A DNA stretch of 63,817 nt, filler included, from Fonticula-like sp. SCN 57-25 (GCA_001724245.1; 6 parts of 6 records of this genome joined end to end with filler, not necessarily neighbours in it), one strand, 5' to 3'. Shown: positions 21,443 through 34,496, counted from the whole stretch's first letter. The notes: a model not told the origin generated them from the sequence alone. Made by a program: numbers and translations.

Positions 21443-24358
21443 TCAGCAGCAAAGAACGTACGCGGCCAGCTTTGACTCGACATCCTGGATTCTCCCTTCC
21501 GATGCCGCTGCAGACACCAGTTAGAATAATTCTGAAAAAGTATTCAAAAAGCGTACCATATCCAGCCGATGCGGCAGCCGCAGTTCGCATCTACGACGCA
21601 ATGTGAGCAAAAAAAATTAGCAGAGGGAAAAGAAACCAAAAAAGATATCCCCCAAAACGCGTTGAGCCCAGTCCATCTCTTATACGTTCGCTCACCTCTT
21701 TCTCTGTTGCTTCCAACTGCTCTTTGGCGTGCGCCAACTCTATGTTTAGATTTTCGCGTTCGGTGGACAGGTTAGCAAAGGAAACCTTTTCGCGTTCAAG
21801 TTGGCCCTGCAAATCAGCAATAGTGGCAGCGTCCTAGCATTCCGACCAGTCAGCAAACTGAAAACACCCGCGACCTCAGCGCATACCTGCTTCGAACGTG
21901 CGTCCGCAGAAGCCTTGGCAGCTTCCAAAGTCGCGACTTGCGACTGAAGCGCATGGACCACCTGGTCAGACGCGTCGGAAGACTCGGGCTGAACGGCAGT
22001 GGCTGCCAGTTCTGCACGAAGAACTGCCAAGGCAGCATCGTGCTCGCGAGCCAATGCTTCCATCGAGGCCTGCAGCATTGATCAGCACACATAACAAAAA
22101 AGAGGAAAAGGCGCACCTTGTGCTCTTGCTCACGCGCCGATATTGCGCGATCCGAGTCTGCTTGCTGCTCCTTTGCGCGGGCAAGCTGCCTCTCCAGCTA
22201 CAGTATCGGTGAACCTCCAAACTCTAGCACAGAGGGCATCGTACATCCTGCAGCTGCTCCTCGAGGTCCTTCTTCTCTGCTTGAATGCCTTCCATAGCAC
22301 TCTTCAGCGCGTCGACCGCGCCGGGCGCCTCGACCACAAGATCATGAGCACGAGTCGCTTCCTCGAGAGAAGACTTGGTCTCGTCGAGCTCGGAGCGAAG
22401 CGAATCAATTAATGACTCCTTGGATTGCAGCTCCTGCTGCAGCTTCTCCACTTGCGCGGCGTTGTCGCTCTCAACCTGCGCAAGGCGGGCGGCAAGCAAC
22501 GCGAGCTCTGCCGACTAAATGTCCATGTGGCGTGTTTAAAAACAAAAATCGGTACACAAGATGGGCAGTGGACGTGGCTGAGCGGGTGATGGACCATGGA
22601 CATTTTAAACTTTTGAGCTTTTCTCCTACTCCCCCCCAACGTCCCTAGCCCCAACCCAATATGTACCTTGGAGGATGTATCGTCACCATCAGCACCCGGT
22701 TGCTACACAGGTATTAGAAAAGCGCAGGACACAAACAGGCTCGCACCCTCTCCGCAGTCTCCAGCCTCTTCTGCAGCAGCAAGTTGTCCTCTGCAAGCTT
22801 GTCGCGCTACGAAATAATCACTTAGCTATGGAAAACACTTGTAATTTTTCTATGCGCACCTCTGCCTTGACGCTCTGCAAATCTCTCTGGTAGCGTTCCT
22901 TTGCCTTGTCTGCACGCGCATTGGCGCGATTCAGCTCCTCGAGCGCCTCATCGCGCTCCTTGCGCGCGTTCTCATTCTCGATCGCGCTGTTCTCCTCGAG
23001 AAGACTCAAGCGCGCACGAAGCGATGCAACATCGTCGCCGCCCGAGCTGGTCTCCCCATTCGAGCGCTTGGAAGACGCGGATACCTTGGGGGCCGGGGCG
23101 GAATCAAACGGCGTAGACGAGGGGGCCTCGTCAAACGGAGTGCGTTTCGAACTCGACTTTTTCTTGGTGCTGCTAGCCGGCGCATCATCAAAGGGCGTCG
23201 GCGAAGCCTTGGGCTTCTCGGCAGACTTCGAGGCAGCCTTGGGCTCGTCGTCAAAGGGGTTCGCAGCAGCCTTAGGCTCGTCGTCAAAGGGATTCGCGTC
23301 AGCCTTCGAAGTCGCGACAGCCTTTGGTTCGTCGTCAAAGGGATTCGCAACAGCCTTGGGCTCGTCGTCAAAGGGGTTGGGCGTAGCCGCGGGCTCATCG
23401 TCAAAGGGAGACGAAACTGCAAATCATTGCAAAAAAAAGGTTGAAATGGCACAAAATAAGCATCAGAATTAAAGAATGAACAACGGCGCACCAGTCGGCT
23501 TTGGCTGCGGCTCATCCTCCTCATCGTCAAAGGGGTTCGACTCGGCCGAGGCTACCTTGCGCACAGATGACTTTTTGAAAACGCCCGCAGTTGCGGCCGC
23601 CACAGGCGCCGCCACTGGCTCGTCTTCCTCGTCGTCACCGAATGGGTTTCCACCAGCAGCACGGCTATCACGCGAATGGCTGATGCCACGAGTTAGCAAC
23701 GAGCCATTGGAGACAAGAGTCGTACGTGGAGCGCGCGTCTTCCTCATCGCTGTCGAGCGCCCGCGCATCAGTCGTGCGGAATGAGCTGGCACTGTACGTG
23801 GATCCTTCATCGTCCTCACGCAGGCCCTGGCTAATGAAGCGCGACGCGATCGTCACGTTGAGCTTGGCTACATGTATGCGGTTAGGACCAGCATCGTTGT
23901 CCGCACAGATGCGTACCGTCCTTGATCTTGGTGGATTCAGACGTCAGCACAAGGGACTCTTCAAAGGTTTTGCCTTGCACGTTGGCAAACTTGGACAGGT
24001 CAAGAACGACGCGGCCAAGCATTTTCTTGCCCTTCTTGTCGCGAAAGTCGTCCAGGCTGATCTTGTACTCCTTCGGCTCAAACGCGTCCTTGTCGTCTTT
24101 AGTGAGCGAGCCAAGCATAACAAGCTCCTCATTGGAGAACGACGCGGTGCCCTTGACGCCGTCGATCTTGTGCGTAGTGACGCCCTTGGTGGCCGCAACT
24201 CGATGGTTCCTTTTCCATTCCACCACGAGACTCTCGGGAGTCCACTTCTTGTCCGCCACGGTAAACTCTACAGAGTGAACGATCATGGAAAACTCAAACT
24301 GAAAAGTAGAGTTGCGCTTTCCAGCCTTGTTCTTCATCCGCTTTATAACCGATGCCAT
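21443..24358 (-). CDS. NT-C2 (EEIG1/EHBP1-type) domain protein with an NPF-motif array and long coiled coil; multi-exon, 3' partial
   Basis: MASVIKRMKNKAGKRNSTFQFEF..SLVVEWKR..FEPKEYKI..LGRVVLDLSKFAN is an NT-C2 domain; repeated NPFDDEP; downstream coiled-coil exons. Confidence 0.82.
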
Positions 24359-24770
24359 CTGCGACGGTAGGCGTAAGTACGAGGGAAAAAGACATCTTCC
24401 GAGGAGCATACGTTGACGGATGTATGCGGCGTACGACACCCTCACGCCGTATGAACCAAGATTATACGAGAATTCTGCTGATCAACTTGAAGAGGCAAGC
24501 ACCTGGCGTGAAGAGCTTGTCTTTTTCTTTGATGTGGCGTATTGACACGCTGCACCGCCGACACACCCAATAATAAACACACACGACAAACAGGAACGCT
24601 GACGAAAAACCAGCAAACCGATGACGTCACGTTCTGACGTATTACCATGCTCAACACTGTGACAAGGCTGTGCACAACTAGTGCAAGTTCGTTGCTTCTG
24701 CCTTCCGCGCGCGCATCTCAACGTCAGGGTGACCTGTCGACCGTTGGGTCGCTGCAGGAAGGCTACCGCA

Positions 24771-27700
24771 ATGTTGGAGCCTCCCAACTATGAGCCGTTG
24801 CGAGGCGCTTATCCTCAGTTGAGTGATCTTTTTGATCAGTTTGACGCCTTTGTTGCCGATGTCACTGCGAAGCTTGCTGTTGCCGATGCGGCGGTTGCTG
24901 AGCGCGAAGCAGCGGAGCGTGCGCGTGCTGATGCCGAAGCCGCCGCAACGGATGCACTTTCCAAGCAGGAGGCACTCCAGTCTAGCATCGAGCGGCTTAC
25001 CCAGCGCTCCGATGAGCTTGCCGCTGCTTTGTCAAAGAGCCAGCTGCGCGCGCAGGAGCTGGAGGAAGCCCTGAGCAAGAAATTTGACGAAGATCAAAGC
25101 TCGACTGTGACTCGCACTGCACAGGACAGCCTTCACGTCGATACTGCTCGCCTTTTTCACGACAGCCAGGAGCGCATCGAGCATCTTACGTCGGAACTGG
25201 ACCGCCTTCAGACTACGATTCGCACTCAGTATAGCGACATCGCCCGTCTGCACGGCGAGCTCGGCAACGCCAAGGCCGAGGCAGCTACGGCCCGCTTTTC
25301 GGTGCAGCGTCTTGAGCAAGAGTCGGCTCTTCAAAAGCAGCAGTGCGATTGGCTTACGACCGAGTTGCAGAACAAGACGGATGAGTTTGCCGCCTTCCGG
25401 TCGGAGAAGAGCGCCGCACTTGGCCGCGCGCAAGAAACCGCGGAGCGCCTCACAGCTGAGCAAGCCTCGCTTGAAGAGGGTCGCACGCGCGCTCTTGCGG
25501 CTGCCGCGACTGCGAACGAGCAGTTGCAAAACGCACTGTCCAGTCTGGAGCGCGAGAGGACGGAGAGGATAACCGCCGAGGAGCACTTCAAGGTGGAGAT
25601 GGATGCGCAGATTCGTGTCGCTAACCTCTACAAAGATGCATCAGAGGAGACCAAGGCGGCTTACGCCGAGCTCGAGGAGGCGCTGCATCGCTTGCAGGAG
25701 GAGGCCGACAATGATCGCGCTCAGGCTGCCGCGGCCGCCGCCGAGGCCGAGCAGGCAATTGCATCCGTCAAGGAAGAGATCGTTGAGAAGGAGAAGATTA
25801 TTGCGCAGCTGCGCGACGAACTTGAGCATGCTAATAAGCTTTTGGAATCGACGATGGCTCCCACGCCCATGACTCCGTCGACCCCGTCTAGTTCAAAGTC
25901 TTCCGTTGGCGCCCCTGTCGACATGCTTTCCGCTACGGCCGCGGCACTTTCTCAGCTTCGCAATAGGGACATGTCGATCTCGCAGCTCTACGCGGGGTAT
26001 CTCCGCTTGACGGACGACAATGCTCGCCTGCGCTCGGACAATGCCGGGCTGCAACAGACTCTTGAGCAGGTCATGTCAGAGCTTGAGGAGACCGCGCCGA
26101 TGATCAAGGCAAAGAGCGAGGCACTTGATGTTGTTTCCTCGGAGAATTCGGCACTGCTCAAGCAGCTTCACGATGCTCGTCAAACCCAGACTCTCCAGGA
26201 GGCTCGCATCAAGGAGTTGTCGACCGAGTCATCCCGTGCGGAGCGGGACCTTCGTATGCTTCAGCAGCACGCGCGCGACCTCAGCCGGCAGGTTCAAAAG
26301 CTGCTTGGCGTGTCCAGTGACGAAATTATTGTGAGCGACTGGACGGGTTCCGCATCAGAGGTGATCGACGCGAACCTCGTCACGTTCAACAACGTCTCTG
26401 AGCTCCAACAGCGTAACGCGCAGCTGCTCTTGGTTGTCCGTGAGCTGTCCGAGAAGACCGAGGCGGCAGAGAGAGCGAACGAGGATAGTGCCATTGACGC
26501 GGTTCGCCGTGAGCTTGCCGATGCCGTGTCACAGGTGGAGACGCTCCGCGAGACAAGAAAGAAGCAGCAGGCTATTCTCGATACAATTGCTCAGCAGCGC
26601 GATGCGTACAAGGCCGCTTTGGGCGACCGCGCATACGCTGCATTGGCGCGCGCGGCGGAGAAGGGTCAGGATGGTCCGTCCGACAGGCCCATTGCTCCGG
26701 GCGATGACGACCGCCAGCAGCAACTGGACACCATCAAGAAGCAGCTCGAGACCATTTCTGCAGACTATGCTGCGTTCCGTCGCGAGAGGGCTGAGTACAA
26801 TGATGCGCAGGAGGCAACTATCGAGAAGCTGCGCGCGTCGGCCTTTGACTCTCGCCTGGCGGCCTCGACTGCCGAGGCGCAGGCCAACTTGTTGCGCGAG
26901 CGGCTGGCATCCGTAGAGCAGCTGCTTGTACTCGAGCGTCGCGAGCTCGAAACCGTTCGCGCGCGCAGCATCGAGCAGCAGACGAGGCTCGGTGCCTACG
27001 AGCGCCAGTCAGATTCGCTTGCTTCGTCGCTTCAGTCAGCGAGGGATGAGTTGGCCCGCGTTACATCGCGGTCCAATCACCTGTCTGCTCAGATTGAGTT
27101 CTTTAAGTCGTCCGAGGCGCGCATTACGGAGGAGCTCGCCCAGGTCAATCGCGAGCGGTCATCGGCAGCCGAGCTTGCGCGTGAACTTCAGGCGTCTCAG
27201 AACGCTTTGCTGCTTGAAATGTCGGAAGCTCGCGCCCGCTTCGAGTCGCAGGCGGCCAACCTTAACAAGGAGCTGGAGGCGTCTCGCAGCGAGCTGATTG
27301 AAACAAAGAGCCGCGCTTCTGCCGCTGCAGCTCGCGCTCTGCATGAGGCATCGGAGAGCCAAGCGCGGAGTGAACGCGATACAGCAGAGATTGCGCGCCT
27401 GCGCGAGCAGATTGCCCGTCTTACTGCAACGAATGAGCAGCTGGAGCGCTCTCTCAGTGATGCCGAGTCGCGTCTGCGGTTGGCGGAAGAGCGTCTTTCT
27501 GTCTACATTGGTACCGACCGCGATGCCGAACTGCGCAAGCTTCAGGATGCGGCCAAGGTTGCGACGCTGCGCGAGGCAGAGGCACAGGCTCGCGTGGCCG
27601 AGCTTGACGCGCGCGAGGCCAACACGCAGGACGAGCTGCGCCGCCTTCAGGACCGCGTCACTCAGTTTGCGGATATTGCACAGGCGGCCGAGGACGCTGC

Positions 27701-30700
27701 TCGTCAAGGCGCCGAGACTGCCGCGCAGATTCAGGCTTCTCTTACGTCGGAGATCGAGGCGCTTAGCGCATCCAAGAAGGAGCTTGTTGAAGCGCACGAG
27801 GCGCTGGCTGCTCGTCTCAATGACACCCTGGCTGATCTTGCTCTTGCCCATCAGGCAACCGACGCGGCCAAGACGGAAGCGCGCCTTGCCAAGGAGGAGG
27901 CCGAGCGTCAGGTCCGCGAGGCCGACATTGCTCGCGACGCCCTCGCCAATGCCGAGGAGGCTCGCCGCGCCGACACTGCCCGCTTGATCGCTGCGGCCGA
28001 GGAGGCCGACGCGCGGTATCGTAGCCAGATCATGGTCCACGCTCGCGACGTTGAGCTGCTCGGCAAATCAAAGGAGCGCGAACGCCAGCTCGACGCGCTT
28101 CTGCGCACAGCCCAGACGGACGCCGAGGCTGCCAAGGCATCGCTTCGTGCCCTCGAGCGCGAGCGGGAGGCAGAGACCACGCGCCTCCACAAGCAGGTCG
28201 AAGATCTGGATCGGCGCTGCCGCGAACTGGTCGAGCAGAACAACATTCTGCACAACTCTTTGGAGACCATCGCGGAAGCTCGCAGGAAGGTGATGACCGG
28301 AGGCGCTGGAGCGGCTCAAGGCGGCCTTAACAGTGCGCAAATTTGTTGTATTCTGTTTGATTTGCTAACGCTCTTCGGTGCAAAGATGATGCGCTGCCCG
28401 AGGTTGTCAAGTTTGTGCGCCGCGAGAAGGAGCTTTTGCAAGCGGAGCTTGACGTTGCGCGTCAAGAATGCTCTCGTCTCAAGACGAGTCTTGATGCTGC
28501 CAACCGTGCGTCAGATTCTCTTCGCGCGCAGGTTGCCGAGTTGTCGTCCTCTGCGGCTTCGTCGTCGGCGTCCAAGGCGTCGACCTCCGCTGAGCATGCC
28601 GAGGTGCTCCGCAAGCTTTCCGAAATGCATCTTTTGCGCGAAAGCAATGATTCTCTGCGACTTGATGTTTCGCGTCTCAGCGCACGCATCACGGAGCTTG
28701 AAGCGACGCTGGCGGCTCGCGATGCCGCTCTCGCACCGCTCGAGAATGTGAACCGCGACCTGAGCGTCAGGATGGAGACGGCCACTGCCACAATCAAGAC
28801 ACTCGAGCAGGAAAACATTGAATGGCGCGATCGCTTGCAAAAGATGATTGATCGCCAGGAGCGCGTGGATCCTTTCGAGCACCGCCAGGTCGTCGAGGCG
28901 CTTGCCGCCGCGCGCGCAGAGCTCGCCGAATCCCAGGCGTCCGCTCGCGCAGAGCTCGAGGCGGCGCAGGCTGAACTCGCCCGCGTTACTGAAGAATCCA
29001 ATGCCGCCACCGAGCCTCTTCGTGCCGAGATCGAGGAGATTAAGGCTAGCCTGGTGGCCGCCCAGACGCAGATCGCCGAGCTGGAGCGGAGACTCGAGCT
29101 GTCCAATACATCTCTCCGGAACAAGACTCAGCGGTTGAAGACGGAAGTCATTGCGCGGGTCGCGGGAGAGAAGAAGATTGTAGAATTGACAGCGCAGGTT
29201 GAGGCAGTCACCGCCGAGCGCGACACGATCGTGTCCGAAAAGGCCGAATTGCAGACTCTCAAGGACCAGGCCGTCGCCGAGATGGAGAAGACCAAGTCTG
29301 AAATGACGTCGTTGCGCACCTACACCAGGAAGCTCAAGAACCAAGTCGATGCCCTGGTAGCGGCTGCCAAGTCTGCCCAGCCGGCAGCGGTGTCAACACC
29401 ATCGCCTGCCGCTGCGGCAACTGCTTCTGCTGCGGGTACGCCGGCTGCAGCAGCTGCCACCCCTCAGACGACGGGCGCTGTGGCCACTCCTACGGCCGCC
29501 GCGCCGTCGACGCCGATGCCTGGTGCCGCTGCCGTCCGCCCCCTTTCGGCGCAGCGGCTGGCAAGGCCTGCGGCGCCTCTTGCAGGCACCCCCATCCCCC
29601 CGACCGCTGCCGCCGCCACGCCGACGCCCACAGCGGCTGCCGAGTCGCCGCTGTCAACCCCGGTTCTGAAGCCGCAGCCGTTCCGCCCAAGAGCCCCCGC
29701 AGTGGCCGCTTCTACGCCGGCTGCTGCCACGCCGGTTTCGACGCCTGCGGGTACGCCTGCCGCTACGCAGCCGGCAACTCCCGCCACGATCACGCCGACC
29801 GGTTCGCGTCTCCGGCCCGCTCCCGCTGCTCTGGCGGCCAGACAGCCTGCTACGCCAGGTACCCCTGTCCGGCCGGCTGCAGCTGCCGCTGCTGTAACGC
29901 CTGTTGCCCGACCGGCTGCAGTTGCTGCGGCGACGCCTAGCACGCCTGCTGTCGCCACTCCTGCTGCGACACCTGCTGCTACTCCCGCTGCAACACCTGT
30001 AGCTGCTACTCCCGCTGCAACACCTGTAGCTGCTACTCCCGCTGCTACACCTGCGGTTGCCACGCCCGCTGGCACTCCTGCTGCCGCCATTCGCACTCCG
30101 GCGCGTCCTGCTGCTGTTGCTGGCACTCCCGTTGCCACGCCAGTGCGTCCTGCTGCTGTTTCTGGCACCCCTGTCGCCACTCCTGTGCGTCCTGCTGCTG
30201 GTACCCCAGTTGTCACGCCGGCTCGTCCTGCTGCTGCTACTCCAGTTGCCACGCCGGCTCGTCCTGCTCCTGGCACCCCGGGCGTCACACCGGCGCGTCC
30301 TGTGTCCGCCTTTGGGGCGCGCACGCCACTTGCGGGCACGCCGCAAGTGCGACCTGCCGCGGCATCTACTGCTGCCACGCCGGTCGTCTCGCGTCCCGCA
30401 GGAACGCCAGTGTCCACACCGGCCACCGCGACGCCCGCGGCCGCTGCCACTGTGACGCCCGCCTTTTCGCCTGCCACGCCTTCGATGAGGCTGGGGGTCC
30501 CCTCGCCGCGCCCAACGCCCGCCGCCTTTGGCAAGCCGATGCCCGGCTTGGCCGCGATCCCGTCGCTCAAGCGCCTCCGCGAGGAGGAGGGCTCGCCGAG
30601 CCCGTCGCCCGAGCCTGCTCAGCCACTGACGCCGGCGCACCCAACACCGGCGCCTTTGACGGCTACCCCCGCGGCCGCGCCGACGCCGACCAAGCGTGTT

Positions 30701-31801
30701 CTCGAGCAGGTACAAGACGACACGGCCCTTGCCGCCGCGCCGTCCCCGAAGCGGCCACGCCCCGTCGCCGTGTCGGATGCTATGGACACCACTGCCGACG
30801 AGGAGGCACCGGCGGCGGCCCCCCTCGAAGCAGAGGCACCGATTGCGGAGCCCGTCGAAGAGGCCGCCGAAGCGGTCAAGCCCGAGATTACCAGTGAGCC
30901 TGTCCCTGCGGAGGAGCCGTCGGCGGAAGCTGAGGAGCCCCAGCCGGCGTCGGAATCCGCTCAAGAGCCGCCGACCGATACAGAGACAGCCCCCGAGCCC
31001 GAAGCACCGACTGAGCAGCCGGCAGAGGCCGAAGTGCGCGCCCCGTCAGAGCCGCCGGCAGAGCCCGAGGCGCGCGCCGTATCAGAGGCACCGGTAGAGC
31101 CCGAAGTGCGTGCTGCTTCCGAGGCGCCCGCCGAGCCCGAAGTTCAGGAAGAGCCCGCTGCCACGGAGGAGCGCGCTGTGTCCGAGCAGCCGCCGGCCGA
31201 GGTCGCCGAGGTGTCGGCCGAAGCGAGCGACGTCGCGTCAAATGATGACGGCCATGAGCCTTCCCTTATGTCCGAGAAGGCGCCAGAGGCCGTCACTGCG
31301 GCCGATGAGGAGGATTTCATTGAGCCGGCTGCTGAGCCGGAGCCCGCCGCTGCGCCAGCAGCAGATGAAGCAGAGGTCGAGGAGACCGAGGACGCGGGCG
31401 AGCGCGTAGAAGATGTTGCCGAAGCCGAGGTAGAGGAGTCGGCGGCCGAGCCCGAGCCCGTCGCCGCTGCTCAGGAGGAGCCGCTCGTTGAGGAGGAGCC
31501 GGCAACGGAGATTGTGCCCGATGAGGTGCAGTCGCCGCTGCCCGCCTCGCCGTTCCCGACGTCGCCCTTCCCCGCATCGGCGGCCGGACCGTTCGTTGCC
31601 GAGGTTCAAGACGACATGGAGGTGGTGCAGGCGGCCCCGGAGGAGGACTCGATGATGGTCGATACAGAGGGCGCTGCACAGGTAGAAGAGGCGCCCGCGG
31701 ATGCGGAAATGGAGCAGATTGAGGATGCAAGTGCTATGGATGTGACATTGGCAGAGGGTGACGGGGCGGCGGGACAGGATTCCAGCATGGAGACGTTCTA
31801 G
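24771..31801 (+). CDS. TPR: Nuclear basket nucleoporin TPR/Mlp1, 2 exons (intron near 28333-28386)
   Basis: FKVEMDAQIRVANLYK, VIDANLVTFNNVSELQQRNAQLL, VVKFVRREKELL, LLRESNDSLR and WRDRLQKMI are TPR/Mlp hallmarks; long coiled coil then a disordered tail. Confidence 0.93.
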
Positions 31802-32066
31802 AGTGGCCTACGCGTGTTTTGAAAAAAGAGGATGTTTTGCTTGCCCATTTGATCATCGCATCATCAAAGATATGAAGAAAAAGTTTGTATTCTTTCGTGA
31901 TATTAATAATCATACAAATAACAGTATTTTTAATCTTTCTACACCGAGCGAGATGTTTCTACAACAAATCGCGCATCAAAAGCCGCTTTCTGACCGCATT
32001 TGAAACGCCTTCGTGGAACTTGTACCACACGCGCATCTGCGTCTTGTCCGCCTGCCGCTGCCTCAG

Positions 32067-32166
32067 NNNNNNNNNNNNNNNNNNNNNNNNNNNNNNNNNN
32101 NNNNNNNNNNTTAATTAATTAANNNNNNNNNNNNNNNNNNNNNNNNNNNNNNNNNNNNNNNNNNNN
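32067..32166. other. Artificial contig-joining linker
   Basis: N44-TTAATTAATTAA-N44. Confidence 0.97.
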
Positions 32167-32267
32167 ATTTGAGCCTGTTTGTAGATTTTACTTGCATTGT
32201 CTGAACTGTTTGTTTATTATTGTACTACACCATGAATACATTTGGAGCGCCACACTTTTCGCCCTAC

Positions 32268-34496
32268 TTAGCATGCCGCCCTGGACGGCGCGTCAAAGTC
32301 AATGCAGTGCGCCGCACCGCCCGCCTCGATGGTGAACGTGCGCGCGTCCCACGGCGCCGTCATGAACGGGTTGCGGTACCGGAACGTCTCCGGGACCACC
32401 TGGACCGGCTCGCCGCCCGCCACCTTGTACGACAGCGGCTCGTCCCACGAGTACGCGACCTCGCGGCCGGTCGTGTCGGTGTACACGACGCTCATGGCGC
32501 CCGGCGTGTACGTCGGCGGGTCGATGGCGACGTTGTCGTAGACGCACTTTGCGAGGCAGGGAATGTCTTCCGAGCCGCAGCCGGCCGCGCACGCCGCGAG
32601 CTTTGTAATGTCGGCGTAGTCCTGGCACGGCGGGTTGGGGTTGACGATGGGCACGCGGACGATGCAGTCGGTGAGGGAGCCGACGGGGTCCTCGGGGTCA
32701 AAGCACTCTTCGCGGTGGATGCACGCCACAAGGCCGTCGCCCGGAATGCCCGTCCCGTCCTCCCAGCGCGTCGTCACCGTTCCGTTGCCGACGCGCGTCG
32801 CGAAAGCATCAAAGGAGCCGTCGCGCTCAACGTCGCCAATCTCGGCAATCCAAATGTTTTTAGCGCCGCCGTCGGCGATGAGCTCGCGGTTCCTATAATC
32901 GCCCTCGGTCTGCCAGCGCGTCGGGCGCGCCGAGTAGAGGCCGATGTACGCATCGCCGAGGCGGCCAAACGTCCAGCCGTTGGCCTGCGTGACCTCGTCA
33001 AAGGCGTCGGCGGGAAAGTACGCGTGCGTGTAGGCGGGGTAGACGGTGCCGTTGGTGGCGGGCCACGGCGGCTGGTGCAGCGCCACGAGCACGTTTTCGT
33101 GCGCCGACGCGCGCGGCATGCTGGCAGCGCCGGTCCACTCGGCGAACGCGTAGCCCGACGCGACGGGACCCGGGTGCGTCACAAAGACGAGCGCGTCGCC
33201 GCCGAGCGTCGCCTGCCACGTGTGCTGCTGCATGGCGCCCATGCTCGCGTGGTACTCAACGGCCGTGCCGAGCGCGCCGTACGGCGTGCGGTAGACGCTC
33301 GTCGCGACGGGGCCGAGCACGGGGCCGTACGAAATCGGATAAGCAAGCTCGGTGACGAGCGGAAGGACGCCAGTGTCGGCGAGCGGCCGCAGCGGCGCGA
33401 TCGGCTCCCACACCTCGTGCTCCCACAGGTCGTAGGCATCGGCAACGTCAAAGAAGAGCTCGACAGTGTCGGGCGCGGCATACGCGCCCATTCCAAACCA
33501 CACAATGCCGTCGGCGGGGTCAGTGTAACCGACGCCATACGAGGGGCCCTCGGCGGTCGAGATGCCCACGCGGCCCGTCGCGGTAAAGGCCGTCGTCAAT
33601 GAGGCGCGGCAGGCCTCTTCGACGGCGGCCGGAAGCGTGTACCGGTTCGACGCGGCGAGCGACACGGCGCCGCGGCCCGCGGGGCGGACAATGCCCGTGC
33701 CGGTGAGCAGCCAGAGAATGCGCGCAGTGCTCTGCTCAGAGGCGGCGATCTTGTTGGTGTCGTAGGTGCGGCCGCGGTAGGTCGACATGGCGCCGGCGTA
33801 CCCGCCCAGCATCAGGTCCATCATCTGGAGATCGAGAAGGCTCGCCGCGCGCGTCGCAATGTCGGCATCGGGGCCGAGCTCGACGACCAGGGCGAGCGCA
33901 GCGGTGACAAACGAGGCGTACACCTCGGAGCAGTACTCGGTGAAGCCGACGCGCGAGCGAACGTCCATCCAGCGCTCAAGAAGCGCGCGGCCCTTGTCGC
34001 GATGCTCGGCGCCCGTCATCCCAGAGTTGCTAAAGGTCTCATTCGACATGTGCGCGCCAATGACGTACTCGGACGCGTGGTACAGAACGGCATGGTTCTC
34101 GGACCAGTACTGAAGGTTGCCGTGGTAGCCGCCTTCGTCGATCCAGTACTGGAAGCTCAAAAGGGCGCCGCGGAGCGCAGTGCGCGCATCTTCGGTCATG
34201 ATCGGGCTGTCGTTGTACTTGAACAGAAGCATGGCAATGGCCGGGAGGAGAAAGTCAGAGCCGTCAATGCGATCAGCAAGCTTCTCGACGGCATCAAGGT
34301 AAGCGCTGCTCAGGGCGCCGCGACCGACATGCGCGCGCGCAACATCGGCCCAGAGATCGTTTCCGCCTTCATCCGCCGAGTACTCAATGTACCACTGCGT
34401 GCGATATGCGTAAGTGCTGTTGTCCTGCGCAAGCGCACCGCCGACCAGCAGCAGCACGCCCACCAGCGCGGCAGCCAGTGTTGTCACCCGCTGCAT
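32268..34496 (-). CDS. Secreted bacterial-type protein, heparinase II/III-like fold (putative polysaccharide lyase), 742 aa, intronless
   Basis: Signal peptide MQRVTTLAAALVGVLLLVGGALA; FQYWIDEG..YWSENHAVLYHASEY..FSNSGMTG..WMDVRSRVGFTEYCSEVY helical half; QQHTWQATL..VFVTHP..W.G..SMPR and YTHAYFP..FDEV..GWTFGR beta half. The CDS is well supported; the function is inferred. Confidence 0.7.
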   Translation of the reverse strand: MQRVTTLAAALVGVLLLVGGALAQDNSTYAYRTQWYIEYSADEGGNDLWADVARAHVGRGALSSAYLDAVEKLADRIDGSDFLLPAIAMLLFKYNDSPIMTEDARTALRGALLSFQYWIDEGGYHGNLQYWSENHAVLYHASEYVIGAHMSNETFSNSGMTGAEHRDKGRALLERWMDVRSRVGFTEYCSEVYASFVTAALALVVELGPDADIATRAASLLDLQMMDLMLGGYAGAMSTYRGRTYDTNKIAASEQSTARILWLLTGTGIVRPAGRGAVSLAASNRYTLPAAVEEACRASLTTAFTATGRVGISTAEGPSYGVGYTDPADGIVWFGMGAYAAPDTVELFFDVADAYDLWEHEVWEPIAPLRPLADTGVLPLVTELAYPISYGPVLGPVATSVYRTPYGALGTAVEYHASMGAMQQHTWQATLGGDALVFVTHPGPVASGYAFAEWTGAASMPRASAHENVLVALHQPPWPATNGTVYPAYTHAYFPADAFDEVTQANGWTFGRLGDAYIGLYSARPTRWQTEGDYRNRELIADGGAKNIWIAEIGDVERDGSFDAFATRVGNGTVTTRWEDGTGIPGDGLVACIHREECFDPEDPVGSLTDCIVRVPIVNPNPPCQDYADITKLAACAAGCGSEDIPCLAKCVYDNVAIDPPTYTPGAMSVVYTDTTGREVAYSWDEPLSYKVAGGEPVQVVPETFRYRNPFMTAPWDARTFTIEAGGAAHCIDFDAPSRAAC

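Noticed and set aside
28330-28751. Frameshift or pseudogene in TPR, and apparent fragmentation of ATP1, DIM1, RPN1, MOB3 and the receptor kinase
   Set aside because: Frame changes coincide with short GT..AG introns that restore the conserved protein sequence.
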